A stretch of 63,761 nt of DNA, filler included, from an uncultured Methanosarcinales archaeon (lineage in GTDB: Archaea; Nanobdellota; Nanobdellia; Woesearchaeales; CAYXTQ01), in NCBI GenBank assembly GCA_964608065.1. It is 14 parts of 14 records of this genome, joined end to end, with 100 filler letters (N's around TTAATTAATTAA, not from the genome) between each part and the next. Parts side by side here need not be neighbours in the genome. Positions count along the whole stretch, not along the records: positions 26,988 to 31,652 come from CAZSMA010000094.1; positions 31,753 to 36,409 come from CAZSMA010000095.1; positions 36,510 to 40,859 come from CAZSMA010000097.1; 11 more parts are not named here. The stretch is one strand, 5' to 3'. This document shows positions 29,341 to 39,700 of this stretch, piece by piece (position 1 is the first letter of the stretch; the number at the start of each line of letters is the position of its first letter). Both the position numbers and the translations under genes were made by a program. The notes under the pieces were generated by a model that worked only from the letters and a program-made list of their open reading frames with translations, had not been told where the DNA came from and did not search any database.

Positions 29341-29436
29341 ATCAGTAAAATAAGCGCAAAAAAAAAAAAAATAATCAAGAAAAACCATAACATTTATATA
29401 TGATTAGTTCATTTGGTATATATACCAATTGGTATA
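29265..29436. promoter_or_regulatory. Repeated TATAC-N6-GTATA operator
   Basis: Copies at 29265, 29297 and 29421, degenerate copy at 29405, each just downstream of CATTTATATA boxes. Confidence 0.7.
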
Positions 29437-29449
29437 ATAGGTTATAACT

Positions 29450-30526
29450 TTGAAGTATCCTAAGAACCAGGAATTCGTGAAAAGAGGCTATACAGATAAA
29501 GCTATTTCTCTAAGGAAAAGTTTGGGTAAAAACATAGCATTCTTGGGCTATAAAAAAACAGGGAAAACATTACTGCTAAGGCAGATTATTAACGGCATGG
29601 AAAAAGAGGTGAGCCCTGTTTATATAGACCTTAATAGAATTAGCTTAAGCCCAGAAAACTTTTCTTTGGAATTTATTTCTAACATTATGTTCTGGTTTTT
29701 GGGAAAATCTTCTTCTGAATACAAACAATATTTTGATTATAAGTTTTTGTTGAAAAAAACAGCTTCTTTGGACAATAAATTAGTAGAGATATTAAAGACA
29801 GTAGATAATGAATTGCAGAAGATAAAGCCAGACCAAAAATTGATTGTGCAGAGTGCTTTTAATTTCCTAGAGGAGATTTCTAAAATAAAGAAAGTTGCTT
29901 TATGCCTTGACAACTTTGAAAACATCCTGGACTTAAATAATTTCATACAAATTAAAGATATTTTATCTTTAATAAATTTTGAGAACAAAAACATTAATTT
30001 TGTTATAGCTTCTTCTGCAATATATCAACTAAAGAAATTAAAGAATTTTGAGATTATAGAAATAAAAAACTTTGATAAAAATCAAAGCAGAGAATTAATA
30101 AAAAAAATAAATATAAACAAAGATTTTGATGAAATTCATGATCTAACTCAGGGCAATCCTTACTTAATAAAATGCTTGTGTGAAAGGTTAAAGCAAGTTA
30201 AAGATGTTAAAAAATCATTCTCAATTGAATTACTGCATGAAAACATTTACAGGCATTGTGAAAATGTTTACAATTACCATATTAATCGGGCTCGTGGACA
30301 AACACTATTAAAATCCATCCTAAAAGTTCTTGCTTCAATACATGAAGCAACTTTAACTGAAATCTCAAAAAAAATCTATAGATCAGCTCCTGTAACAAAA
30401 GCTTTGCTTGAAAGATTGATTGAAGTTGATTTGATTTCAAAATCTGATAAAAAATTCTCATTTAATGATCCTGTGCTAGAGAAATGGATAAATAGAGTTT
30501 TTAATGGAATAGAAGATGAAGAATAA
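29450..30526 (+). CDS. Archaeal ATPase (STAND-like) with C-terminal wHTH
   Basis: GYKKTGKT Walker A, LCLDNFE Walker B, TQGNP, TLTEISKK...LERLIEVDLI...FNDPVLEKW. Confidence 0.85.
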   Translation: MKYPKNQEFVKRGYTDKAISLRKSLGKNIAFLGYKKTGKTLLLRQIINGMEKEVSPVYIDLNRISLSPENFSLEFISNIMFWFLGKSSSEYKQYFDYKFLLKKTASLDNKLVEILKTVDNELQKIKPDQKLIVQSAFNFLEEISKIKKVALCLDNFENILDLNNFIQIKDILSLINFENKNINFVIASSAIYQLKKLKNFEIIEIKNFDKNQSRELIKKININKDFDEIHDLTQGNPYLIKCLCERLKQVKDVKKSFSIELLHENIYRHCENVYNYHINRARGQTLLKSILKVLASIHEATLTEISKKIYRSAPVTKALLERLIEVDLISKSDKKFSFNDPVLEKWINRVFNGIEDEE

Positions 30527-31652
30527 GAACAAAATAATAATGCTTGGAATGATTTTACTAATGATTTCTCTAGTTAGTTCTGTGTATGCTGCTGGTCCTC
30601 TTGATGTCTTAAATAAGTTGTTTAGAGGAAGTGATATACTGGTAATTGCATTGAATTCTGCAATAATTTTTGCAGGAGTTTTCACAATATTCAATTTGAT
30701 TAAGAAAGGTCTTGATGAAAAATACGCTAAGATAGCTCAAATTCTTGTATTTGTACTTTCAATAGTAGTTGCTATTGAACTAAATAAAAATTACCCAGGA
30801 GCATTCTTATGGCAGACAAGGTTCTTTGGCAACTTTTTCCATCCACCTGTAATAATCAATGCAATACTGATTGGTGCTGGCCTTTACTTTTTGTCTCAGA
30901 TATTACTTGAAAATCAAACAAAAGGCTCTCAACAACTGCAATGGGCTATAAAAATAGTAGTTGTGATAATGGCTTTTAATATGGTAATGCAGCCATTCCA
31001 GCCTGATAAAAATTGGGATGATGTAAAAGACACATACAAATATGTATGGCAATCTGAGTATTGGACAAGAAGTAAATTCTACTTATTTGGAGATAAAGAT
31101 TGTTTAGTGGACGGAAACTCTGGCTGTTATTATGAAAGAGATATAATTGATGCAATGGGTGGTGAAGCTTCAGAAAGGCAGGATAATGGAGAACCTAGAT
31201 GGGGTATACTAACTTCAAGCCGTGTTTTGATATTTGCATTGTTATTTTTTGTAGCAATTCTCGGATTCAATACTTTTGTAAAGACAGAGATGGTTGGTAA
31301 GAAGTTTATCTATGCGATTTCATTCCTGATATCTTCCAATATGGTGAATAATGGAACAAGTATTGCAAATAGTGTATTAATTGGTCAAATAATGTTATCA
31401 ATAGTTTTATACAAAGCTATGAAAGCTCAAGCAGGTGATAGAGGTCCAGCTAAATGGATTGCACTAATAGCCTCTGTTTCAATAGTTGAATTTGCAGCAA
31501 GAACTATATTCGGAGATACAGCAAAGACTTTCCTAACTCCAATAGTAGGTCCATTCTTAGGTGACTTAGCAAAGATATTATCAAACGGATTCCAGATTAC
31601 TGACATATTCCTATTAATTGGAGCATTGTTGAAAACATTATTACTAAATCCA
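30516..31652 (+). CDS. Multi-pass membrane protein (3' truncated)
   Basis: Signal peptide and many TM segments. Confidence 0.7.
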
Positions 31653-31752
31653 NNNNNNNNNNNNNNNNNNNNNNNNNNNNNNNNNNNNNNNNNNNNTTAA
31701 TTAATTAANNNNNNNNNNNNNNNNNNNNNNNNNNNNNNNNNNNNNNNNNNNN

Positions 31753-34497
31753 GGTACTTGTGCAACAAGTGATGTGATAAAAGCAGTTGACTGGTGTACA
31801 AATAATGCTTCAACTTATAATATTTCTGTAATTAGTATGAGTTTAGGTGGTGGAGGACCTTATAACAGTTATTGCAATGATGATTTAATAGCGCCTTCGA
31901 TAGATGCTGCTGTTGCTGAAAATATTTTAGTAGCAGTAGCATCTGGAAATAGTGACTGGACTAATGGGATAAGCAGTCCTGCTTGTGTTGAAAATGCAAC
32001 TCCTGTTGGAGGTGTTGACAAATCTGATAATATTGACTATAACAGAGGCAATATCCTGAAGATATTAGCTCCAGGAGTGAGTATAACTTCTGCCTGGAGT
32101 AATGGAGGAACTATTGCTGCTTCTGGAACTTCAATGGCAACACCACATGTTGCAGGAGCTGCTGCTTTATTGTTTCAGTTCAAGAAATTAGATAATGGAA
32201 CTACATTAACACCGCAGGAAATAGAAGATATTCTAAATAATACAGGAACATCGATAGATGATTCTGGTGGCAGTGGATTAAGTTTCTCAAGAATAGATGT
32301 TTTAGCTGCAGTTCGGTCATTAGATACTCAATTACCAAAAGGGTATAATAATCAGACAAATAATACAGCTCCTAAATTTAATCAAACAGTTCAGTTTAAC
32401 ACAAGCTTTAATGATACTATTGGATTATCTGCTTTTATGTTTTCATGGAATGATACAGGAGAATGGATTAACAAGACAAATGGAAGTTTAAGTGGAAATC
32501 TACAGACTGTTAGTTTGAATGAGACTGTTACTGCAACAAGAGGTATGGTAATCTATTGGAAATTTTATTTTAATGATACAAACAATAACTGGAATGAGAC
32601 AGATGAATTTAAGTTTATAGTTCAGAACACTGCACCAACTGTAACTTTATTAGCTCCAGCAGAAGGGGATGTGTTTACTCAGAATAATCCTTTGATTAAT
32701 TACAGCTGTACTGATGTTGATAATGATGTCTGTACTTTTTATACTTTTATTAATGATACATTAAATACAACATCTACAGAGAATATAACTTCATTGACAT
32801 TTGATCAAGGAAATTATACATTAGCTGTGATGGTTGATGATGGTTTTGCTAATTCAAGCAATTCAACTAATATCAGCTTTAGTATAGATAATCTGATTTC
32901 AAATGATTTTACATCTAATTGCACTAATTCAACAAAGAAAACAGAAACAATTTACTGGTCTGCTGTATTTAATAGTTCAGGTGCTGCACAGTATTGGTTA
33001 ATGTATTCTCAGGATGTTTCATCAGATGATTGGACTAATACAAGTAGTTTAGATTATGTTATTGGAGAAAATATAACTGTTAATATTACGATAAATGCAA
33101 CAAGGAGTAAAGATGTTAACGCAACTTTCTTTTTTAATGATTCCAGTGGAAATGTTGAGCAAACAGGTTATATTGGGTGTACTGTAAATAACACTGCTCC
33201 TTTTAGTAATTTTTCTATAACATTAAATTCTCCTGCAAGTGTTAGTGATGATCTGAATGGAACAATTTCAAAATATGGGGATGAAGATGGTGATACCTGG
33301 ACAACAAATGAGACAAGATGGTATGTAAATGATGTTTTGAATTCAAGCTATGATAATATTACAAACATAAGCAATGACAATACTACTGCTAATGATGTCT
33401 GGGTTTTTTCAGCAAGAGTTTATGATAATTTTGATTGGTCTGAATGGGTGAATAGTTCTACAGTTACTATAAATGATATTTCTGCTCCTGTTTTAGTTAA
33501 GAATTATACTTCTCCAACTAGTGTTAATGTTAATAACGCATTAACAATTTATCTTAATATTACAGATAGTGGCTCTAAAGTTGATAATACAACTGTCAAA
33601 GCTGAGGTTGAAGACACTAATACCAATAAAACAAACAGCACAATGAAGATACATAGCGGCAATAACAGCGCTGGGTTAGACACTGGCTGGAGTGTAGCTT
33701 ATACTCCAACTGTTGATGGAACATATTATATTAAGTATTATTTCTGTGATATAAACAATAACTGCGGTAATACAAGCGACAGGGCTGTGAGTTTTACAGC
33801 AACAACAGCAACTGTTGAGACAACAAGCAGTTCTGGTGGCGGCAGTGGAGGCGGAGGCGGAGGAAGTTCTGTGAGCAGCGATAAAACTAAATCTCATTTT
33901 TATACTACTATATTTAAAGGAGATACAACAACTATGACTATAAATAAAGAAAAGATTGCTGTTGATAAGATAATATTCACAGCAAACAATCAATTGAGTG
34001 GAGTTACTATTGAAGTTAAGGTGCTTGATAATTTCAGCTATGAATTGGATAATGCTTATCAGTATCTAAATATAGAAAGTGAAAATCTTAAAAATACTGA
34101 TTTTGATTCTGCTTTTATAGAATTTAAAGTAAATAAAACATGGGCTGATAAGTTTGACAATTTATTTTTGAGTCATTACTTTAATGATAAATGGAGCAAG
34201 CTTAAAACTGATAAACTTAAAGAAGACAATGAGTCTGTTTATTATAGAAGCTTGACTACTGGATTTTCTGTTTTTGCAATAACTGGTGAGAAGGAAGAGG
34301 TTGAAGAAGTTGTTGAAATTGAGGAAATAGTTGAAGAAGTTGAAGAAGCTGCTGAGGAAGAGGTTATGTTAGCTCCAGAAAGGGAAAGTAAATTTAATTT
34401 AAAGAATTTTGTTGTTCCTTTGATTATGTTTGTTTTGTTTGTTGTGATTTTGGTTTTGGTTTTTAGGAAGAGGGGGAGGGGAAAAAATGATAAATAA
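31753..34497 (+). CDS. S8 subtilisin-like surface protease with PGF-pre-PGF domain (5' truncated)
   Basis: SMSLGG, ASGN, SGTSMATPHVAG; many NxS/T sequons; TTGFSVFAITG; C-terminal TM. Confidence 0.92.
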   Translation, partial: GTCATSDVIKAVDWCTNNASTYNISVISMSLGGGGPYNSYCNDDLIAPSIDAAVAENILVAVASGNSDWTNGISSPACVENATPVGGVDKSDNIDYNRGNILKILAPGVSITSAWSNGGTIAASGTSMATPHVAGAAALLFQFKKLDNGTTLTPQEIEDILNNTGTSIDDSGGSGLSFSRIDVLAAVRSLDTQLPKGYNNQTNNTAPKFNQTVQFNTSFNDTIGLSAFMFSWNDTGEWINKTNGSLSGNLQTVSLNETVTATRGMVIYWKFYFNDTNNNWNETDEFKFIVQNTAPTVTLLAPAEGDVFTQNNPLINYSCTDVDNDVCTFYTFINDTLNTTSTENITSLTFDQGNYTLAVMVDDGFANSSNSTNISFSIDNLISNDFTSNCTNSTKKTETIYWSAVFNSSGAAQYWLMYSQDVSSDDWTNTSSLDYVIGENITVNITINATRSKDVNATFFFNDSSGNVEQTGYIGCTVNNTAPFSNFSITLNSPASVSDDLNGTISKYGDEDGDTWTTNETRWYVNDVLNSSYDNITNISNDNTTANDVWVFSARVYDNFDWSEWVNSSTVTINDISAPVLVKNYTSPTSVNVNNALTIYLNITDSGSKVDNTTVKAEVEDTNTNKTNSTMKIHSGNNSAGLDTGWSVAYTPTVDGTYYIKYYFCDINNNCGNTSDRAVSFTATTATVETTSSSGGGSGGGGGGSSVSSDKTKSHFYTTIFKGDTTTMTINKEKIAVDKIIFTANNQLSGVTIEVKVLDNFSYELDNAYQYLNIESENLKNTDFDSAFIEFKVNKTWADKFDNLFLSHYFNDKWSKLKTDKLKEDNESVYYRSLTTGFSVFAITGEKEEVEEVVEIEEIVEEVEEAAEEEVMLAPERESKFNLKNFVVPLIMFVLFVVILVLVFRKRGRGKNDK

Positions 34498-35563
34498 AAA
34501 AAGCCAAGTTTCAATGTTTATTATAATTGGAATAATCCTATTAATTATAGTTGGGGTTTACTTTGCTTTGCAATCTGCAAAGATTAGTGAAGAATCTATT
34601 ATAGAAGAGGTTCCTGTTGAATTACAACCAATAAAAAGTTATGTTGAATCTTGCATTGCCCAGATTGGAGAAGATGCTGTTTATTTAATAGGGCAGCAAG
34701 GTGGTTATTATGAGGTTCCTCAGATGGATCCAGATTATTTTAGCACTACTGCTTATTATTTTTGGATTAATGAGAATATAATGCCTTCTCAGGAGAAGGT
34801 TGAAGCAGAGATTTCTAAGTATGTGGATAAGGAACTAAACTATTGTTTAAAGAATTTTGAAGATTTTAAGAATTTTGAAATTGAGCAGGAAGAAAGTAAG
34901 ACCAAAACTCATATGAAAGATAATGAAATTATATTTAATGTTAATCTTCCTTTAACTGTAAAAAAAGATGAGTCTGTAACTAAATTAAGTTCTTTTAGTA
35001 ACTCTATAAGTAATGTTAGGTTAAAAACAGTCTATGATACTGCTAAGGCAGTTATTGATGAACAGATGGAAGATTTCCATTCAATTTGTTTAAGCTGTAT
35101 AATTAATTGGAGCATTGAGAAGGATTTAAGAGTTGAGATGCAGAGGTTGAATGAAGATGGTGTTTTATTTACTATAATTGATAATAATTCTGTGATTGAT
35201 GGTTTAGATTACGAGTATATATTTGCAAATAAGTATGAACAGTTTGGTTGTGATAATCCTCCACCTGATGCAGATGATGATTTTTATGCTGAATGTTTAC
35301 AAGTAGACTATTCTCTTGAGATAGAAGAAATACCTGACTTAACTGCTGTTGTTGGTAAACAGTTAGTTTATGATATTAATGCTACTGGAATTGATGTTAA
35401 ATTTTATGATTTTACTACTTTGTTTTATATTAATGAAGATGGATTGATTTATTATTTAACTAAGAAAGAAGATATTGGAAACTATACAATTTGGATTAAA
35501 GCTACAGATAAATTAGGTAATGAAGATTTTACTTCATTTGGTTTAGAGGTGAAGTATGAATAA
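34487..35563 (+). CDS. Class III signal-peptide (pilin-like) surface protein
   Basis: KKSQVSMFIIIGIILLII; C-terminal Ig-like domain. Confidence 0.75.
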   Translation: MINKKSQVSMFIIIGIILLIIVGVYFALQSAKISEESIIEEVPVELQPIKSYVESCIAQIGEDAVYLIGQQGGYYEVPQMDPDYFSTTAYYFWINENIMPSQEKVEAEISKYVDKELNYCLKNFEDFKNFEIEQEESKTKTHMKDNEIIFNVNLPLTVKKDESVTKLSSFSNSISNVRLKTVYDTAKAVIDEQMEDFHSICLSCIINWSIEKDLRVEMQRLNEDGVLFTIIDNNSVIDGLDYEYIFANKYEQFGCDNPPPDADDDFYAECLQVDYSLEIEEIPDLTAVVGKQLVYDINATGIDVKFYDFTTLFYINEDGLIYYLTKKEDIGNYTIWIKATDKLGNEDFTSFGLEVKYE

Positions 35564-36409
35564 GAAGATTTTAGCTTTTATTTTATTGTTCTGTTTAGTT
35601 ATTAATATGACTATTGCTGAGCAGGAAAAAAATGATCCTAATGACCCTAGCACTTGGGACTTTAATGATCCTGTGTTTTATACACAAGTTTCTCCAGTAT
35701 TATGGCTGCAACATATTCAATCTATAAATTGGGATTTAGTTAGTTTTAGTGATAATAATTTGTATGTTTTGGATTCTTTTTATGAAAATTTGCCTGAAGA
35801 GAATTATGGTGATATAGATGCAGCAAAAGCAATTGCAGCTGGTAATGGTGATAAGCTTAATCCAAAGCAGATACAGGCTAATTTCAATGAGATTGATGAT
35901 TTGACTAAGGTTGACAAGGATAAGGCACAGCAAGCTGTAATGGATGCTTTTGGAGTTAATGTTGACATCGGAAAAGGAGCTTCATGCAAGAATGGGGTGT
36001 TTATGGCTACGTTTGGCTTAAGGAAAAGTGTTACTTTAAGCAATCCCACTTATAAAAATAGTATTTTAGTAGTTGAAGATGATGGAAGTATAACTGTTAG
36101 GCTAAGTGAAGATACTAAATCAATAGATATAGCCAACATTCCTGAGGCAGATTCTTTTACTCTTGATACTAATGAGGGGATTATAGAGTTCTCAGATGGA
36201 ACAACTTTAAAAGGCAGATTAGCTTATGACAAAGGACAGTTATATGTTAAAGCAGGTGATGAAGCTACTATAAACGGAGTTAGAATAAAACCAAGTAGAT
36301 ATGAAATAAATATATATTTTGATGGGGAGGAAAATTCTGAAAGTAATAATAATTATATTTCATTTGGAGAGAAAACATTAATGATTGATTCCACTATAAA
36401 AAAAGATGA
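35556..36409 (+). CDS. Secreted acidic hypothetical protein (3' truncated)
   Basis: Signal peptide; overlaps upstream stop. Confidence 0.7.
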
Positions 36410-36509
36410 NNNNNNNNNNNNNNNNNNNNNNNNNNNNNNNNNNNNNNNNNNNNTTAATTAATTAANNNNNNNNNNNNNNNNNNNNNNNNNNNNNNNNNNN
36501 NNNNNNNNN

Positions 36510-36630
36510 ACTTTCATTTAGTTTTGTATCTTCATATATAGTATCTCCACAACTAAGTCCATAGGATATTCCAATATATAATAAAAATAATAGTATACTC
36601 GCTGCAAATTTTCTCTTTCTAATTCTAATT
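36510..36630 (-). CDS. N-terminus of a secreted NosD/beta-helix-like protein, with no canonical start codon
   Basis: IRIRKRKFAASILLFLLYIGISYGLSCGDTIYEDTKLNE follows GGGGGA; in-frame TAA just upstream. Confidence 0.5.
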
Positions 36631-36668
36631 CCCCCAACTATTTACTCTAAAAAAATCATTATACTATT

Positions 36669-36711
36669 TAATATTTTCTATTCCCTAATAGTAATTTTAG
36701 AATTTCTTTCT
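36669..36711 (-). promoter_or_regulatory. Second copy of the promoter module at 135..177
   Basis: TAATATTTTCTATT-CCCT-AATAGTAATTT. Confidence 0.6.
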
Positions 36712-36735
36712 TTAAAATTTATTTTTTTATTGCTT

Positions 36736-39700
36736 TTACCTAAACCTTCCATCAAAAACCCAACTTGTATCATTCTCCACTTCAACCCAATAACCATAAC
36801 CAGGCTTCATTATTTTTAAAGTATTTAATTGATCATTTTTTAATGGATTAAATGATTTCCAAGTACTATTTTCATAACCCAAAACATTAACCACACCAAC
36901 ATTTCCAAACACATAACTAGCATTGCTTTCATTCAAACTAGGATATCCAATTAAGTTATAACCTTGCTTTAAATTAAAATCAATTGGTAAATTTAAAGTT
37001 CCATTAATAGTTAAATTATCATCTGATAACATCTGAACCCACATTCCAATTGTTTCATTTATTATTGAATCATCATTTAATTGCTCCCAACCATCATAAA
37101 TAAACACATTTCCATAATTTCCTTCAATTGAAGATAAAGCATAAGCTAAACTGTTATCATCCAAAACCAAAGGTATTGAAATTAGATTCCAGCCCTGTAA
37201 TAAACTAATATTATATTGGAAACCACAACCTGGTCCTGTGGCTCCATTGTAATAATTGTTGTCTTGACCATCTATGCAGTAGTTATTATATTCTTCTCTC
37301 CATTCATTGTTAATATCATAAACATCATTCAGCCAGATGTTATTATCATTAGAAGAGCTTAGATAAAATCCATAGTTGTTTTCCATTAAACTATTATTAG
37401 TAAAATTATTATAATGTGCAAATGCAGATCTAACACCATTATCACTACCAGCAATCCAATTATCAGTTACTATATTCATATCTGATGACCATGTTAAATA
37501 AATGCCGTTTTGAATATTTCCTGAAATATTATTTTTTAAGATAGTATTCATCGTAGAACTCCATGTAATCTCCAATCCATTATTAGTATTATTTAAAATA
37601 TCATTATTAATTATTATGTTGTAGGATCCTTTGTAGGAATATACTCCCCTATCATTATTTAACATTAAATTGTTATCTATTAGGCTGCTGTTTGATGTAT
37701 AGATGTAGATCCCATATGTATTATAGTTTAGTTTATTGTTTAAAAGAGTGTTGTTGTTAGAAGATGTATGCAATCTTATACCATAATTATTGTCATAGAG
37801 ATAATTATCAGAGACATTATTGAATTTTGATCCACGATATAGTAAAATACCATCACCAGTGTTATTTAAACATGCGTTATTATTTACTGTGTTATTAGTT
37901 GAATTATACAAGTAAATTCCAACCGCACTTCCTGAAGCATTATTTTTTTCGATATTATTTCCATTAGAGTCACTCAAGAGTATTGCTTCATAATCATTAC
38001 CGAAAATTTCATTATTCCTCAAAATGTTATTACTACCACCATCTAAGACAATACCATAAATATAATTCTTAATAATACAATTCTGTACCGTAACATTGTT
38101 TACATCAAAGAAAAATATTCCATTATCAGAATTATCTCCGATAATAGTTGCGCCATTGCAGTCAATAGTAATATTATTTACATCAACCCCCAGCCCAGCA
38201 GGTATATCATATATACAATCTCCATCCAATTCCACACTATCATAAATAAAATCTCCATTGCTAATCTCTTGGCATGGACAATCTTCATCAACTGAACCAT
38301 CACAATCATCATCTATTTCATTACAAACTTCAGTTGCTCCAGGATAGATAGTTTCATTATTATCATCACAATCTTCTTCAGCACCATAAGGACAAGAAGC
38401 ACTTCCAGGATTTCCATAACCATCTCCATCATCATCTACACAGTCAGTACAATCAAAAGTTACATTAATACTATAAGAACCAGTTCCAGTATACTTATTT
38501 ACATAAGCATAATAAGTTCCTGGCAGTAAAGATTCATGTCCACACACTTCTATTGAATCTCCACCAAAATAAGGTCTACAATCCCAATTAGTAGTATTTG
38601 TACAAATACCTGAAATTGCGTTTGTGTATAAATCAAAATCAGCTACATCTGGGTCTAAAGTCCAAGTTATATTACAAATTCTGTCTGTAGTAATTTTATA
38701 ATATTGATTATCACTACACATATCTGCTTTTGTTTCGCCATCACTCATAGAATAAGCACTTCCGCAAGAAGTGTATGAGGTACTGTCACAAGCAGTACCA
38801 CAATCACTATCACCTAAATCTATGTCACCATCACAATCATTATCATTTCCATCTCCACAATAATCTACAGGCGTATTTTCATTAGCTTGGTATGGACTAT
38901 CTTCTAAAGCATCATTACCACAGCAATTTAAGCTTCCGCCATTTGCAGTCCAAGTATGACCACTATTTTGACAAACATATTGACAATTTTCATTTGTAAA
39001 ACCTTCATCTGTACTACCATCACAATCATTATCAATATTATCACAAGTTACTTCAGGATTTTCATAATTTACATTCCAAGCTTCATATGTTAAATCATCA
39101 CAACCAGGCCATTCTCCATCAATACAAGTTTCATAAGAACCTGAACAAACACCACTTTGTTTTGGACATGATCTTGTTTCTCCTGGTGTGCATGCATCTG
39201 TACAAGCACCATTTTCACATGACACTTGGCAAACTTCAACAGTTGAACCCCAATTAGAAGTACAAGTGTTACTATTTGAAATTACATAATAATCCTTATA
39301 AGAAACAACCGTATTACCATTGCAGGTATTTGAACAAATATCGCTGCTGTCACAATCTTTATAATTTGTTCCGCTACAGCTTGTTGTATAAGTACATATA
39401 TTTGAATTGCTGCTTACATAATAATCTCTCCAATAAGAGCTAGGGTCATTACCACAACCACCTGTATTTCCACCACCATACCAACCATCTGAACTGTCAC
39501 AATCCTTTATGTCACAATTAGTAGTTGTATATGCGCATGAACCAACTGAATTTACATAGTAATCTCTTTGATATGAGGTAGCATCATCATCTTGAGACCC
39601 ACAAGTTGCAGTCTGTGTGTTGCTTCCACCATACCATCCATCTGAACTATCACAGTCATTAGTTTCACATGTTCCATAACTACAACTATTACTGTTAGTT

